DNA of 64,000 nt, from assembly GCF_009914755.1 (NCBI RefSeq), contig NC_060948.1; one strand, 5' to 3'. This DNA comes from the human T2T-CHM13v2.0 reference genome, Homo sapiens. The position numbers and the translations under genes were made by a program. The notes beneath the pieces are model-generated. The model made no database searches and was not told the DNA's origin. It saw only the letters and a program-made list of their open reading frames with translations. This document shows positions 1 through 12,600 of the stretch, piece after piece; within the stretch, counting starts at the first letter, position 1; each line of letters starts with the position of its first letter.

Positions 1-507
1 ATGGAATGGGAACGAATGGAGTGAAATTGTATGCAGTAGAAGAGAATAGAATGGAATGCAAGCGAAAGGAAAGGAATGGATTGGAATGGAATGGAATTCA
101 TTGGAATGGAAGGGAATGTAGTGTAATGGACAGGCCTGGAATAAAGTGGAATGCTACGGTCTCGAATGGAATAAAAATGTATGGAATGGAATGCAATGAA
201 ACGGAATCGAATGTCATAGAATGTAATGGAATGCAAAAAAATGGACTCCAAAATCATTGACTGGAAAGGCTGGGTGTCGAAAGGAATTGACTCCAATGGA
301 ATGGAATCGAATGGAATGGAAGTGAATAGAATCGAACTAAATCGAATGGAATGGAATTGATAGGAACGGAATGGAAAGGAATGCAATGATTTGGCATGGA
401 ATGGAATCGAAAGGCATCGAATGGAATGGAATGGAATGCAATGGAATGGAATGTATTAGAATGTAATGAACATTAATGGAAAGTACTCGAATGGATTCGA
501 CTGGAAT

Positions 508-522
508 GGAATGTTCTGGAAG
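508..522. promoter_or_regulatory. Perfect heat-shock element motif 1 (gGAAtgTTCtgGAAg), one per unit
   Basis: Exact match to nGAAnnTTCnnGAAn, intact in all 18 units by eye (e.g. 4021-4035, 49960-49974, 60525-60539). Motif only; binding is not shown. Confidence 0.55.
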
Positions 523-762
523 TGAATGGACTCCAATGGAATGGATTCGAAAGGAATGGAATCGAACGGAATGGAATTAAACGGAAATGAATCAAATAGA
601 ATAGAACGGAATTGAATTGAATGGAATCGAATGCAATGGAATCTAATGAAACGGAAAGGAATGGAATGGAATGGGCTGGAATGGAATGGAATCGAAACGA
701 ATGGAATGGAATCGAACTGAAGAGACTGGAATGGAATGCACTGGAATGGAAGGGAATGTAAT

Positions 763-777
763 GGAAGGTTCTCGAAA
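763..777. promoter_or_regulatory. Perfect heat-shock element motif 2 (gGAAggTTCtcGAAa), one per unit
   Basis: Exact nGAAnnTTCnnGAAn match; disrupted (TTCTCAAG) in U3 (~7821-7833) and U6 (~18386-18398). Motif only. Confidence 0.5.
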
Positions 778-1798
778 AAAATGGAATCGAAAGGAATGGA
801 ATTGAATGGAACGGAATAGAGTCGAATGGAATTCAATGGAATGGAATGGACTAGAGTGAAATGGAATCGAACCACAAGGAATGGACAGGAATAGAATGGT
901 CTCGAATTGAATGGAATCGTATGGAATGGCATCAAACGGAATGGAATGGACGGCCACGGAATGGAATGCACTCGAATGCAATGGAGTCGAAACTAATGGA
1001 CTGGAATAGAATGGACTCGACTGGTACGGACTCCAATGGAATGGAATCGAATGGAAGGGAATCGAACGGAAGGGAATCGAACGGAATGGACTCGAAGGGA
1101 AAAGACTGCAATGGAAAGGTCTCGAATGGAATGGAAATTAATGGAATGGAATGGAATCGAATGAAATGGAGTCAAAAGGAATGGAATCGAATGGCAAGAA
1201 ATCGAATGTAATGGAATCGCAAGGAATTGATGTGAACGGAACGGAATGGAATGGAATCCAAAGGAATGGAATAGAATGGAATGGAATCGAATGGAAAGGA
1301 CTCGAATGGAAATCACTCGAATAGAATGCAATTTAATAAAATAGGATCAAATGTAATGGAATGGAATGGAAAGGAATCGAAACGAAAGGAATGGAGACAG
1401 ATGGAATGGAATGGAACAGAGAGCAATGGTATAGAATGGAATGGAATCATCTGGAATGGAATTGAATGGAATGGAATAATATGAAATGGAATGGAATGGA
1501 ATGGAATGTCCTTGAATTAAATGGACTGGAATGGAATGGACTCGAACAGAGTGGAATGGAAAGTGTTGAAATAGCATGGAATGGACTCGTTTGGAATGGT
1601 GTAGTATGCAATGCAATCGACTGGCAGGGAATCAAAAGGAATGTAATCGAATGGATTGGACTGGAATGCAATGGACTCGAATAGATTGGAAACGGAATGC
1701 AAAGGAATGGAATGGAATAGTATGGAAAGGAATGGAAAGGAATGGAGTGGAATAGACTAGAGTGGAATGGAATGGACTCGAAAGCAATGGACTGGAAT

Positions 1799-1813
1799 GG
1801 AACTTTCTTGAAT
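1799..1813. promoter_or_regulatory. Perfect heat-shock element motif 3 (gGAActTTCttGAAt), one per unit
   Basis: Exact nGAAnnTTCnnGAAn match; disrupted in U17 (~58298-58310, GAAACTTTCTTGAA). Motif only. Confidence 0.5.
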
Positions 1814-3510
1814 GGACTGGAATCAAACGGAATGGAATGCAATGCAATCAAATGGCATGGAATAAAATAGAATGAAAGAGAATCAAACGGAATTGAATCG
1901 AATGGAATCGAATGGATTGGAAAGGAATAGAATGGAATGGAATGGAATTGACTCAAATGGAATGGACTAGAATGGAATGGATTCGAATGGAAGGCAAAGG
2001 AATGGAATCTATTGGAATGGACTGTAATGGAATGGAATGGAAGGGATTGGAATGGACTCGAATGGAATGGACTGCAGTAGAAAGGATTCGAATGGAATGA
2101 AAAAGAATTGAATGGAATAGAACACAATGGAATCAAACCTCATGAAATAGAATGGAATAGAAAGGAATGGAATGAAATCGAATGGAAAGGATTCGAATGG
2201 AATGCAATCGAATGGAATGCAATCGAATGGAATGGAATCGAACGGAATGGAATAAAATGGAAGAAAACTGGCAAGAAATGGAATCGAAATGAATGGAGTG
2301 TTAAGGAACGGACTCAAAAGGAATTGAATGTAATAGAATGGAGTGGAGTGGACTCGAATATAATGGACTGGAATGGAATGAAATCACATGGAATGGGAAC
2401 GAATGGAATGGAATGGAAAGGAATGGAATCGAATGGAAAGGAATCGAATGGAAGGGAATGAAATTGAATCAACAGGAATGGAAGGGAATAGAATAGACGG
2501 TAATGGAATGGACTCGAATAGAATGGACACGAATGCTCAAATTGAATGGACTCGAATGGAATGGAAATGAAAGGAATGTCATCGAATGCAATTCAATCGA
2601 TTGGAATGAAATCGCATAGGATGGAGTGGAATCAAATGGAATTGAATCGAAAGGAAAAGAAGCGAATTGACTGAAATGAAATGGAATGGAATTGAATGGA
2701 AAGTAATGCAACGGAATAGAATGGATTGAAATTTCACGGAATGGAATCAAACTGAATGGAATCAAATCAATGGAATATAATCAAATGGAATGGAAAGGAA
2801 TTGAATGGAGTAGATTGTATTGGATGGGATTGGAATGAAATGTACTGGAAAGGACTCGAATTTCATGAAACGGAATGGAATGTATTAGAAAGGAATGGAC
2901 TCGAATGGAATTGAATGTCACGGAATGGCATCAAATGGAATGGCATCAATTGGAATGGAATCGAATGCAATGGAATGCTATGGAATGGAATGGAATGCAT
3001 TGGAATGGAATGTCCTCTAATGGAATGGATTCGAGTGGAATGGAATCGAATATAATGGAGTCTAATGAAATGGAATTGAAAGGAATGGGATCCAATACAA
3101 TGGAATATACTGGAATGTAATGTAATGAACTCGAATGTAATTGACTGGAATGGAATGTACATGAGTGGAATGTAATCGAATGGAAAGTAATCCAATGGAA
3201 TAGAATCTAATGCAATAAAATCGACTCAAATAGAGTAGAATGTAATGGAATGGAGTGCAGTGCAACGGAATGGAATGGAATGGGATGGAATGGTATGGAA
3301 TGGATAGTAATGGACTGGAGTGAAATGGACTGGAAAATAATGGACTCAAATTGAAAGGGCTCGAAAGGAATGGAGTCAAATGGAATGGTCTGGAATGGAA
3401 TGAACACGAATGTAATGCAATCCAATAGAATGGAATCGAATGGCATGGAATATAAAGAAATGGAATCGAAGAGAATGGAAACAAATGGAATGGAATTGAA
3501 TGGAATGGAA

Positions 3511-3664
3511 TTGAATGGAATGGGAACGAATGGAGTGAAATTGTATGCAGTAGAAGAGAATAGAATGGAATGCAAGCGAAAGGAAAGGAATGGATTGGAA
3601 TGGAATGGAATTCATTGGAATGGAAGGGAATGTAGTGTAATGGACAGGCCTGGAATAAAGTGGA
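3511..3664 (+). other. DYZ1 sex-typing PCR target (154 bp, internal EcoRI site), repeated once per unit
   Basis: Bounded by TTGAATGGAATGGGAACGAATGG and GGACAGGCCTGGAATAAAGTGGA, with GAATTC inside. Primer identity is recalled from the literature, not looked up. Confidence 0.75.
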
Positions 3665-6600
3665 ATGCTACGGTCTCGAATGGAATAAAAATGTATGGAA
3701 TGGAATGCAATGAAACGGAATCGAATGTCATAGAAGTAATGGAATGCAAAAAAATGGACTCCAAAATCATTGACTGGAAAGGCTGGGTGTCGAAAGGAAT
3801 TTACTCCAATGGAATGGAATCGAATGGAATGGAAGTGAATAGAATCGAACTAAATCGAACGGAATGGAATTGATAGGAACGGAATGGAAAGGAATGCAAT
3901 GATTTCGCATGGAATGGAATCGAATGGCATCGAATGGAATGGAATGGAATGCAATGGAATGGAATGTATTAAAATGTAATGAACTTTAATGGAATGTACT
4001 CGAATGGATTCGACTGGAATGGAATGTTCTCGAAGTGAATGGACTCCAATGGAATGGATTCGAAAGGAATGGAATCTAATGGAATGGAATTAAATGGAAA
4101 TGAATCAAATTGAATAGAACGGAATTGAATTGAATGGAATCGAATGCAATGGAATCTAATGAAACGGAAAGGAAAGGAATGGAATGGAATGGAATGGAAT
4201 GGGCTGGAATGGAATGGAATCGAAACGAATGGAATGGAATCGAACTGAAGAGACTGGAATGGAATACACTGGAATGGAAGGGAATGTAATGGAAGGTTCT
4301 CGAAAAAAATGTAATTGAAAGGAATGGAATTGAGTGGAACGGAATAGAGTCGAATGGAATTCAATGGAATGGAATGGACTAGAGTGAAATGGAATCGAAC
4401 CACAAGGAATGGACAGGAATAGAATGGTCTCGAATTGAATGGAATCGTATCGAATGGCATCAAACGGAATGGAATGGACAGCCACGGAATGGAATGCACT
4501 CGAATGCAATGGAGTCGAAACTAATGGACTGGAATAGAATGGACTCGACTGGTACGGACTCCAATGGAATGGAATCGAATGGAAGGGAATCGAACGGAAT
4601 GGACTCGAAGGGAAAAGACTGCAATGGAAAGGTCTCGAATGGAATGGAAATTAATGGAATGGAATGGAATCGAATGAAATGGAGTCAAAAGGAATGGAAT
4701 CGAATGGCAAGAAATCGAATGTAATGGAATCGCAAGGAATTGATGTGAACGGAACGGAATGGAATGGAATCCAAAGGAATGGAATAGAATGGAATGGAAT
4801 CGAATGGAAAGGACTCGAATGGAAATCACTCGAATAGAATGCAATTTAATAAAATAGGATCAAATGTAATGGAATGGAATGGAAAGGAATCGAAACGAAA
4901 GGAATGGAGACAGATGGAATGGAATGGAACAGAGAGCAATGGTATAGAATGGAATGGAATCATCTGGAATGGAATTGAATGGAATGGAATAACATGAAAT
5001 GGACTGGAATGGAATGGAATGCCCTTGAATTAAATGGACTGGAATGGAATGGACTCGAACAGAGTGGAATGGAAAGTGTTGAAATAGAATGGAATGGACT
5101 CGTTTGGAATGGTCTAGTATGCAATGCAATCGACTGGCAGGGAATCAAAAGGAATGTAATCGAATGGATTGGACTGGAATGCAATGGACTTGAATAGATT
5201 GGAAACGGAATGCAAAGGAATGGAATGGAATAGTATGGAATGGAATGGAAAGGAATGGAGTGGAATAGACTAGAGTGGAATGGAATGGACTCGAAAGCAA
5301 TGGACTGGAATGGAACTTTCTTGAATGGACTGGAATCAAACGGAATGGAATGCAATGCAATCAAATGGCATGGAATAAAATAGAATGAAAGAGAATCAAA
5401 TGGAATTGAATCGAATGGAATCGAATGGATTGGAAAGGAATAGAATGGAATGGAACGGAATTGACTCAAATGGAATGGACTAGAATGGAATGGATTCGAA
5501 TGGAAGGCAAATGAATGGAATCTATTGGAATGGACTGTAATGGAATGGAATGGAAGGGATTGGAATGGACTCGAATGGAATGGACTGCAATAGAAAGGAT
5601 TCGAATGGAATGAAAAAGAATTGAATGGAATAGAACAGAATGGAATCAAATCGAATGAAATGGAATGGAAGAGAAAGGAATGGAATGAAATGGAATGGAA
5701 AGGATTCGAATGGAATGCAATCGAATGGAATGGAATCGAACGGAATGGAATAAAATGGAAGAAAACTGGCAAGAAATGGAATCGAAATGAATGGAGTGTT
5801 ATGGAACGGACTCAAAAGGAATTGAATGTAATAGAATGGAGTGGAGTGGACTCGAATATAATGGACTGGAATGGAATGAAATCACATGGAATGGGAACGA
5901 ATGGAATGGAATGGAAAGGAATGGAATCGAATGGAAAGGAATCGAATGGAAGGGAATGAAATTGAATCAACAGGAATGGAAAGGAGTAGAATAGACGGTA
6001 ATGGAATGGGCTCGAAAAGAATGGACACGAATGCTCAAATTAAATGGACTCGAATGGAATGGAAACGAAAGGAATGTCATCGAATGGAATTGAATCGATT
6101 GGAATGAAATCACATAGAATGGAGTGGAATCAAATGGAATTGAATCGAAAGGAAAGGAAGCGAATGGACTGAAATGAAATGGAATGGAATTGAATGGAAA
6201 TTAATGCAATGGAATAGAATGGAAAGAAATTTCACGGAATGGAATCAAACTGAATGGAATCAAATCAATGGAATGTAATCAAATGGAATGGAAAGGAATT
6301 GAATGGAGTAGATTGGATTGGATAGGATTGGAATGAAATGTACTGGAAAGGACTCGAATTTCATGAAACAGAATGGAATGAATTAGAACGGAATGGACTC
6401 GAATGGAATGGAATATCACGGAATGGCATCAAATGGAATGGCATCAATTGGAATGGAATCGAATGCAATGGAATGCTATGGAATGGAATGGAATGCATTG
6501 GAATGGAATGTCCTCTAATGGAATGGATTCGAGTGGAATGGAATCGAATATAATGGAGTCTAATGAAATGGAATTGAAAGGAATGGGATCCAATACAATG

Positions 6601-9600
6601 GAATATACTGGAATGTAATGTAATGAACTCGAATGTAATTGACTGGAATGGAATGTACATGAATGGAATGTAATCGCATGGAAAGCAATCCAATGGAATA
6701 GAATCTAATGCAATAAAATCGACTCAAATAGAGTAGAATGTAATGGAATGGAGTGCAGTGCAATGGAATGGAATGGAATGCAACGGAATGGAATGGAATG
6801 GAATGGAATGGGATGGAATGGTATGGAATGGATAGTAATGGACTGGAGTGAAATGGACTGGAAAAGAATGGACTCAAATTGAAAGGGCTCGAAAGGAATG
6901 GAGTCAAATGGAATGGTCTGGAATGGAATGAACACGAATGTAATGCAATCCAATAGAATGGAATCGAATGGCATGGAATATAAAGAAATGGAATCGAAGA
7001 GAATGGAAACAAATGGAATGGAATTGAATGGAATGGAATTGAATGGAATGGGAACGAATGGAGTGAAATTGTATGCAGTAGAAGAGAATAGAATGGAATG
7101 CAAGCGAAAGGAAAGGAATGGATTGGAATGGAATGGAATTCATTGGAATGGAAGGGAATGTAGTGTAATGGACAGGCCTGGAATAAAGTGGAATGCTACG
7201 GTCTCGAATGGAATAAAAATGTATGGAATGGAATGCAATGAAATGGAATCGAATGTCATAGAATGTAATGGAATGCAAAAAAATGGACTCCAAAATCATT
7301 GACTGGAAAGGCTGGGTGTCGAAAGGAATTGACTCCAATGGAATGGAATCGAATGGCATGGAAGTGAATAGAATGGAACTAAATCGAATGGAATGGAATT
7401 GATAGGAACGGAATGGAAAGGAATGCAATGATTTGGCATGGAATGGAATCGAATGGCATCGAATGGAATGGAATGGAATGCAATGGAATGGAATGTATTA
7501 GAATGTAATGAACTTTAATGGAATGTACTCGAATGGATTCGACTGGAATGGAATGTTCTCGAAGTGAATGGACTCCAATGGAATGGATTCGAAAGGAATG
7601 GAATCTAATGGAATGGAATTAAATGGAAATGAATCAAATTGAATAGAACGGAATTGAATTGAATGGAATCGAATGCAATGGAATCTAATGAAAAGGAAAG
7701 GAAAGGAATGGAATGGATTGGAATGGAATGGGCTGGAATGGAATGGAATCGAAACGAATGGAATGGAATCGAACTGAAGAGACTGGAATGGAATGCACTG
7801 GAATGGAAGGGAATGTAATGGAAGGTTCTCAAGAAAAATGGAATCGAAAGGAATGGAATTGAATGGAACGGAATAGAGTCGAATGGAATTCAATGGAATG
7901 GAATGGACTAGAGTGAAATGGAATCGAACCACAAGGAATGGACAGGAATAGAATGGTCTCGAATTGAATGGAATCGTATGGAATGGCATCAAACGGAATG
8001 GAATGGACAGCCACGGAATGGAATGCACTCGAATGCAATGGAGTCGACACTAACGGAGTGGAATAGAATGGACTCGACTGGTACGGACTCCAATGGAATG
8101 GAATCGAATGGAAGGGTATCGAACGGAATGGACTCGAAGGGAAAAGACTGCAATGGAAAGGTCTCGAATGGAATGGAAATTAATGGAATGGAATGGAATC
8201 GAATGAAATGGAGTCAAAAGGAATGGAATCGAATGGCAAGAAATCGAATGTAATGGAATCGCAAGGAATTGAAGTGAACGGAACGGAATGCAATGGAATC
8301 CAAAGGAATGGAATAGAATGGAATGGAATCGAATGGAAAGGACTCGAATGGAAATCACTCGAATAGAATGCAATTTAATAAAATAGGATCAAATGTAATG
8401 GAATGGAATGGAAAGGAATCGAAACGAAAGGAATGGAGACAGATGGAATGGAATGGAACAGAGAGCAATGGTATAGAATGGAATGGAATCATCTGGAATG
8501 GAATTGAATGGAATGGAATAATATGAAATGGAATGGAATGGAATGGAATGCCCTTGAATTAAATGGACTGGAATGGAATGGACTCGAACAGAGTGGAATG
8601 GAAAGTGTTGAAATAGAATGGAATGGACTCGTTTGGAATGGTCTAGTATGCAATGCAATCGACTGGCAGGGAATCAAAAGGAATGTAATCGAATGGATTG
8701 GACTGGAATGCAATGGACTCGAATAGATTGGAAACGGAAAGCAAAGGAATGGAATGGAATAGTATGGAATGGAATGGAAAGGAATGGAGTGGAATAGACT
8801 AGAGTGGAATGGAATGGACTGGAAAGCAATGGACTGGAAAGGAACTTTCTTGAATGGACTGGAATCAAACGGAATGGAATGCAATGCAATCAAATGGCAT
8901 GGAATAAAATAGAATGAAAGAGAATCAAATGGAATTGAATCGAATGGAATCGAATGGATTGGATAGGAATAGAATGGAATGGAACGGAATTGACTCAAAT
9001 GGAATGGACTAGAATGGAATGGATTCGAATGGAAGGCAAATGAATGGAATCTATTGGAATGGACTGTAATGGAATGGAATGGAAGGGATTGGAATGGACT
9101 CGAATGGAATGGACTGCAATAGAAAGGATTCGAATGGAATGAAAAAGAATTGAATGGAATAGAACAGAATGGAATCAAATCGAATGAAATGGAATGGAAG
9201 AGAAAGGAATGGAATGAAATGGAATGGAAAGGATTCGAATGGAATGCAATCGAATGGAATGGAATCGAACGGAATGGAATAAAATGGAAGAAAACTGGCA
9301 AGAAATGGAATCGAAATGAATGGAGTGTTATGGAACGGACTCAAAAGGAATTGAATGTAATAGAATGGAGTGGAGTGGACTCGAATATAATGGACTGGAA
9401 TGGAATGAAATCACATGGAATGGGAACGAATGGAATGGAATGGAAAGGAATGGAATCGAATGGAAAGGAATCGAATGGAAGGGAATGAAATTGAATCAAC
9501 AGGAATGGAAGGGAGTAGAATAGACGGTAATGGAATGGACTCGAATAGAATGGACACGAATGCTCAAATTGAATGGACTCGAATGGAATGGAAACGAAAG

Positions 9601-12600
9601 GAATGTCATCGAATGGAATTGAATCGATTGGAATGAAATCGCATAGAATGGAGTGGAATCAAATGGAATTGAATCGAAAGGAAAGGAAGCGAATGGACTG
9701 AAATGAAATGGAATGGAATTGAATGGAAAGTAATGCAATGGAATAGAATGGAACGAAATTTCACGGAATGGAATCAAACTGAATGGAATCAAATCAATGG
9801 AATATAATCAAATGGAATGGAAAGGAATTGAATGGAGTAGATTGGATTGGATGGGATTGGAATGAAATGTACTGGAAAGGACTCGAAATTCATGAAACGG
9901 AATGGAATGAACTGGAACGGAATGGAATCGAATGGAATGGAATGTCATGGAATGGCATCAAATGGAATGGAATCGAATGCGATGGAATGCTATGGAATGG
10001 AATGGAATGCATAGGAATGGAATGTCCTCTAATGGAATGTATTCGAGTGGAATGGAATCGAATATAATGGAGTCTAATGAAATGGAATTGAAAGGAATGG
10101 GACCGAATACAATGGAATAAACTGGAATGTAATGTAATGAACTCGAATGTAATTGACTGGAATGGAATGTACATGAATGGAATGTAATCGAATGGAAAGC
10201 AATCCAATGGAATAGAATCTAATGCAATAAAATCGACTCAAATAGAGTAGAATGTAATGGAATGGAGTGCAGTGCAATGGAATGGAATGGAATGCAACGG
10301 AATGGAATGGAATGGAATGGAATGGGATGGAATGGTATGGAATGGATAGTAATGGACTGGAGTGAAATGGACTGGAAAAGAATGGACTCAAATTGAAAGG
10401 GCTCGAAAGTAATGGAGTCAAATGGAATGGTCTGGAATGGAATGAACACGAATGTAATGCAATCCAATAGAATGGAATCGAATGGCATGGAATATAAAGA
10501 AATGGAATCGAAGAGAATGGAAACAAATGGAATGGAATTGAATGGAATGGAATTGAATGGAATGGGAACGAATGGAGTGAAATTGTATGCAGTAGAAGAG
10601 AATAGAATGGAATGCAAGCGAAAGGAAAGGAATGGATTGGAATGGAATGGAATTCATTGGAATGGAAGGGAATGTAGTGTAATGGACAGGCCTGGAATAA
10701 AGTGGAATGCTACGGTCTCGAATGGAATAAAAATGTATGGAATGGAATGCAATGAAACGGAATCGAATGTCATAGAATGTAATGGAATGCAAAAAAATGG
10801 ACTCCAAAATCATTGACTGGAAAGGCTGGGTGTCGAAAGGAATTGACTCCAATGGAATGGAATCGAATGGAATGGAAGTGAATAGAATCGAACTAAATCG
10901 AATGGAATGGAATTGATAGGAACGGAATGGAAAGGAATGCAATGATTTGGCATGGAATGGAATCGAAAGGCATCGAATGGAATGGAATGGAATGCAATGG
11001 AATGGAATGTATTAGAATGTAATGAACATTAATGGAAAGTACTCGAATGGATTCGACTGGAATGGAATGTTCTGGAAGTGAATGGACTCCAATGGAATGG
11101 ATTCGAAAGGAATGGAATCGAACGGAATGGAATTAAACGGAAATGAATCAAATAGAATAGAACGGAATTGAATTGAATGGAATCGAATGCAATGGAATCT
11201 AATGAAACGGAAAGGAATGGAATGGAATGGGCTGGAATGGAATGGAATCGAAACGAATGGAATGGAATCGAACTGAAGAGACTGGAATGGAATGCACTGG
11301 AATGGAAGGGAATGTAATGGAAGGTTCTCGAAAAAAATGGAATCGAAAGGAATGGAATTGAATGGAACGGAATAGAGTCGAATGGAATTCAATGGAATGG
11401 AATGGACTAGAGTGAAATGGAATCGAACCACAAGGAATGGACAGGAATAGAATGGTCTCGAATTGAATGGAATCGTATGGAATGGCATCAAACGGAATGG
11501 AATGGACGGCCACGGAATGGAATGCACTCGAATGCAATGGAGTCGAAACTAATGGACTGGAATAGAATGGACTCGACTGGTACGGACTCCAATGGAATGG
11601 AATCGAATGGAAGGGAATCGAACGGAAGGGAATCGAACGGAATGGACTCGAAGGGAAAAGACTGCAATGGAAAGGTCTCGAATGGAATGGAAATTAATGG
11701 AATGGAATGGAATCGAATGAAATGGAGTCAAAAGGAATGGAATCGAATGGCAAGAAATCGAATGTAATGGAATCGCAAGGAATTGATGTGAACGGAACGG
11801 AATGGAATGGAATCCAAAGGAATGGAATAGAATGGAATGGAATCGAATGGAAAGGACTCGAATGGAAATCACTCGAATAGAATGCAATTTAATAAAATAG
11901 GATCAAATGTAATGGAATGGAATGGAAAGGAATCGAAACGAAAGGAATGGAGACAGATGGAATGGAATGGAACAGAGAGCAATGGTATAGAATGGAATGG
12001 AATCATCTGGAATGGAATTGAATGGAATGGAATAATATGAAATGGAATGGAATGGAATGGAATGTCCTTGAATTAAATGGACTGGAATGGAATGGACTCG
12101 AAGAGAGTGGAATGGAAAGTGTTGAAATAGCATGGAATGGACTCGTTTGGAATGGTGTAGTATGCAATGCAATCGACTGGCAGGGAATCAAAAGGAATGT
12201 AATCGAATGGATTGGACTGGAATGCAATGGACTCGAATAGATTGGAAACGGAATGCAAAGGAATGGAATGGAATAGTATGGAATGGAATGGAAAGGAATG
12301 GAGTGGAATAGACTAGAGTGGAATGGAATGGACTCGAAAGCAATGGACTGGAATGGAACTTTCTTGAATGGACTGGAATCAAACGGAATGGAATGCAATG
12401 CAATCAAATGGCATGGAATAAAATAGAATGAAAGAGAATCAAACGGAATTGAATCGAATGGAATCGAATGGATTGGAAAGGAATAGAATGGAATGGAATG
12501 GAATTGACTCAAATGGAATGGACTAGAATGGAATGGATTCGAATGGAAGGCAAAGGAATGGAATCTATTGGAATGGACTGTAATGGAATGGAATGGAAGG

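Noticed and set aside
268-280. GGCTGGGTG resembling the start of an Alu
   Set aside because: The match is only about 9 bp and the flanks return immediately to pentamer satellite.
2857-2870. CGAATTTCATGAAA (and GAAATTTCACGGA at ~2728) as further HSEs
   Set aside because: Only two boxes are correctly spaced in each, so they were not counted as perfect HSEs.
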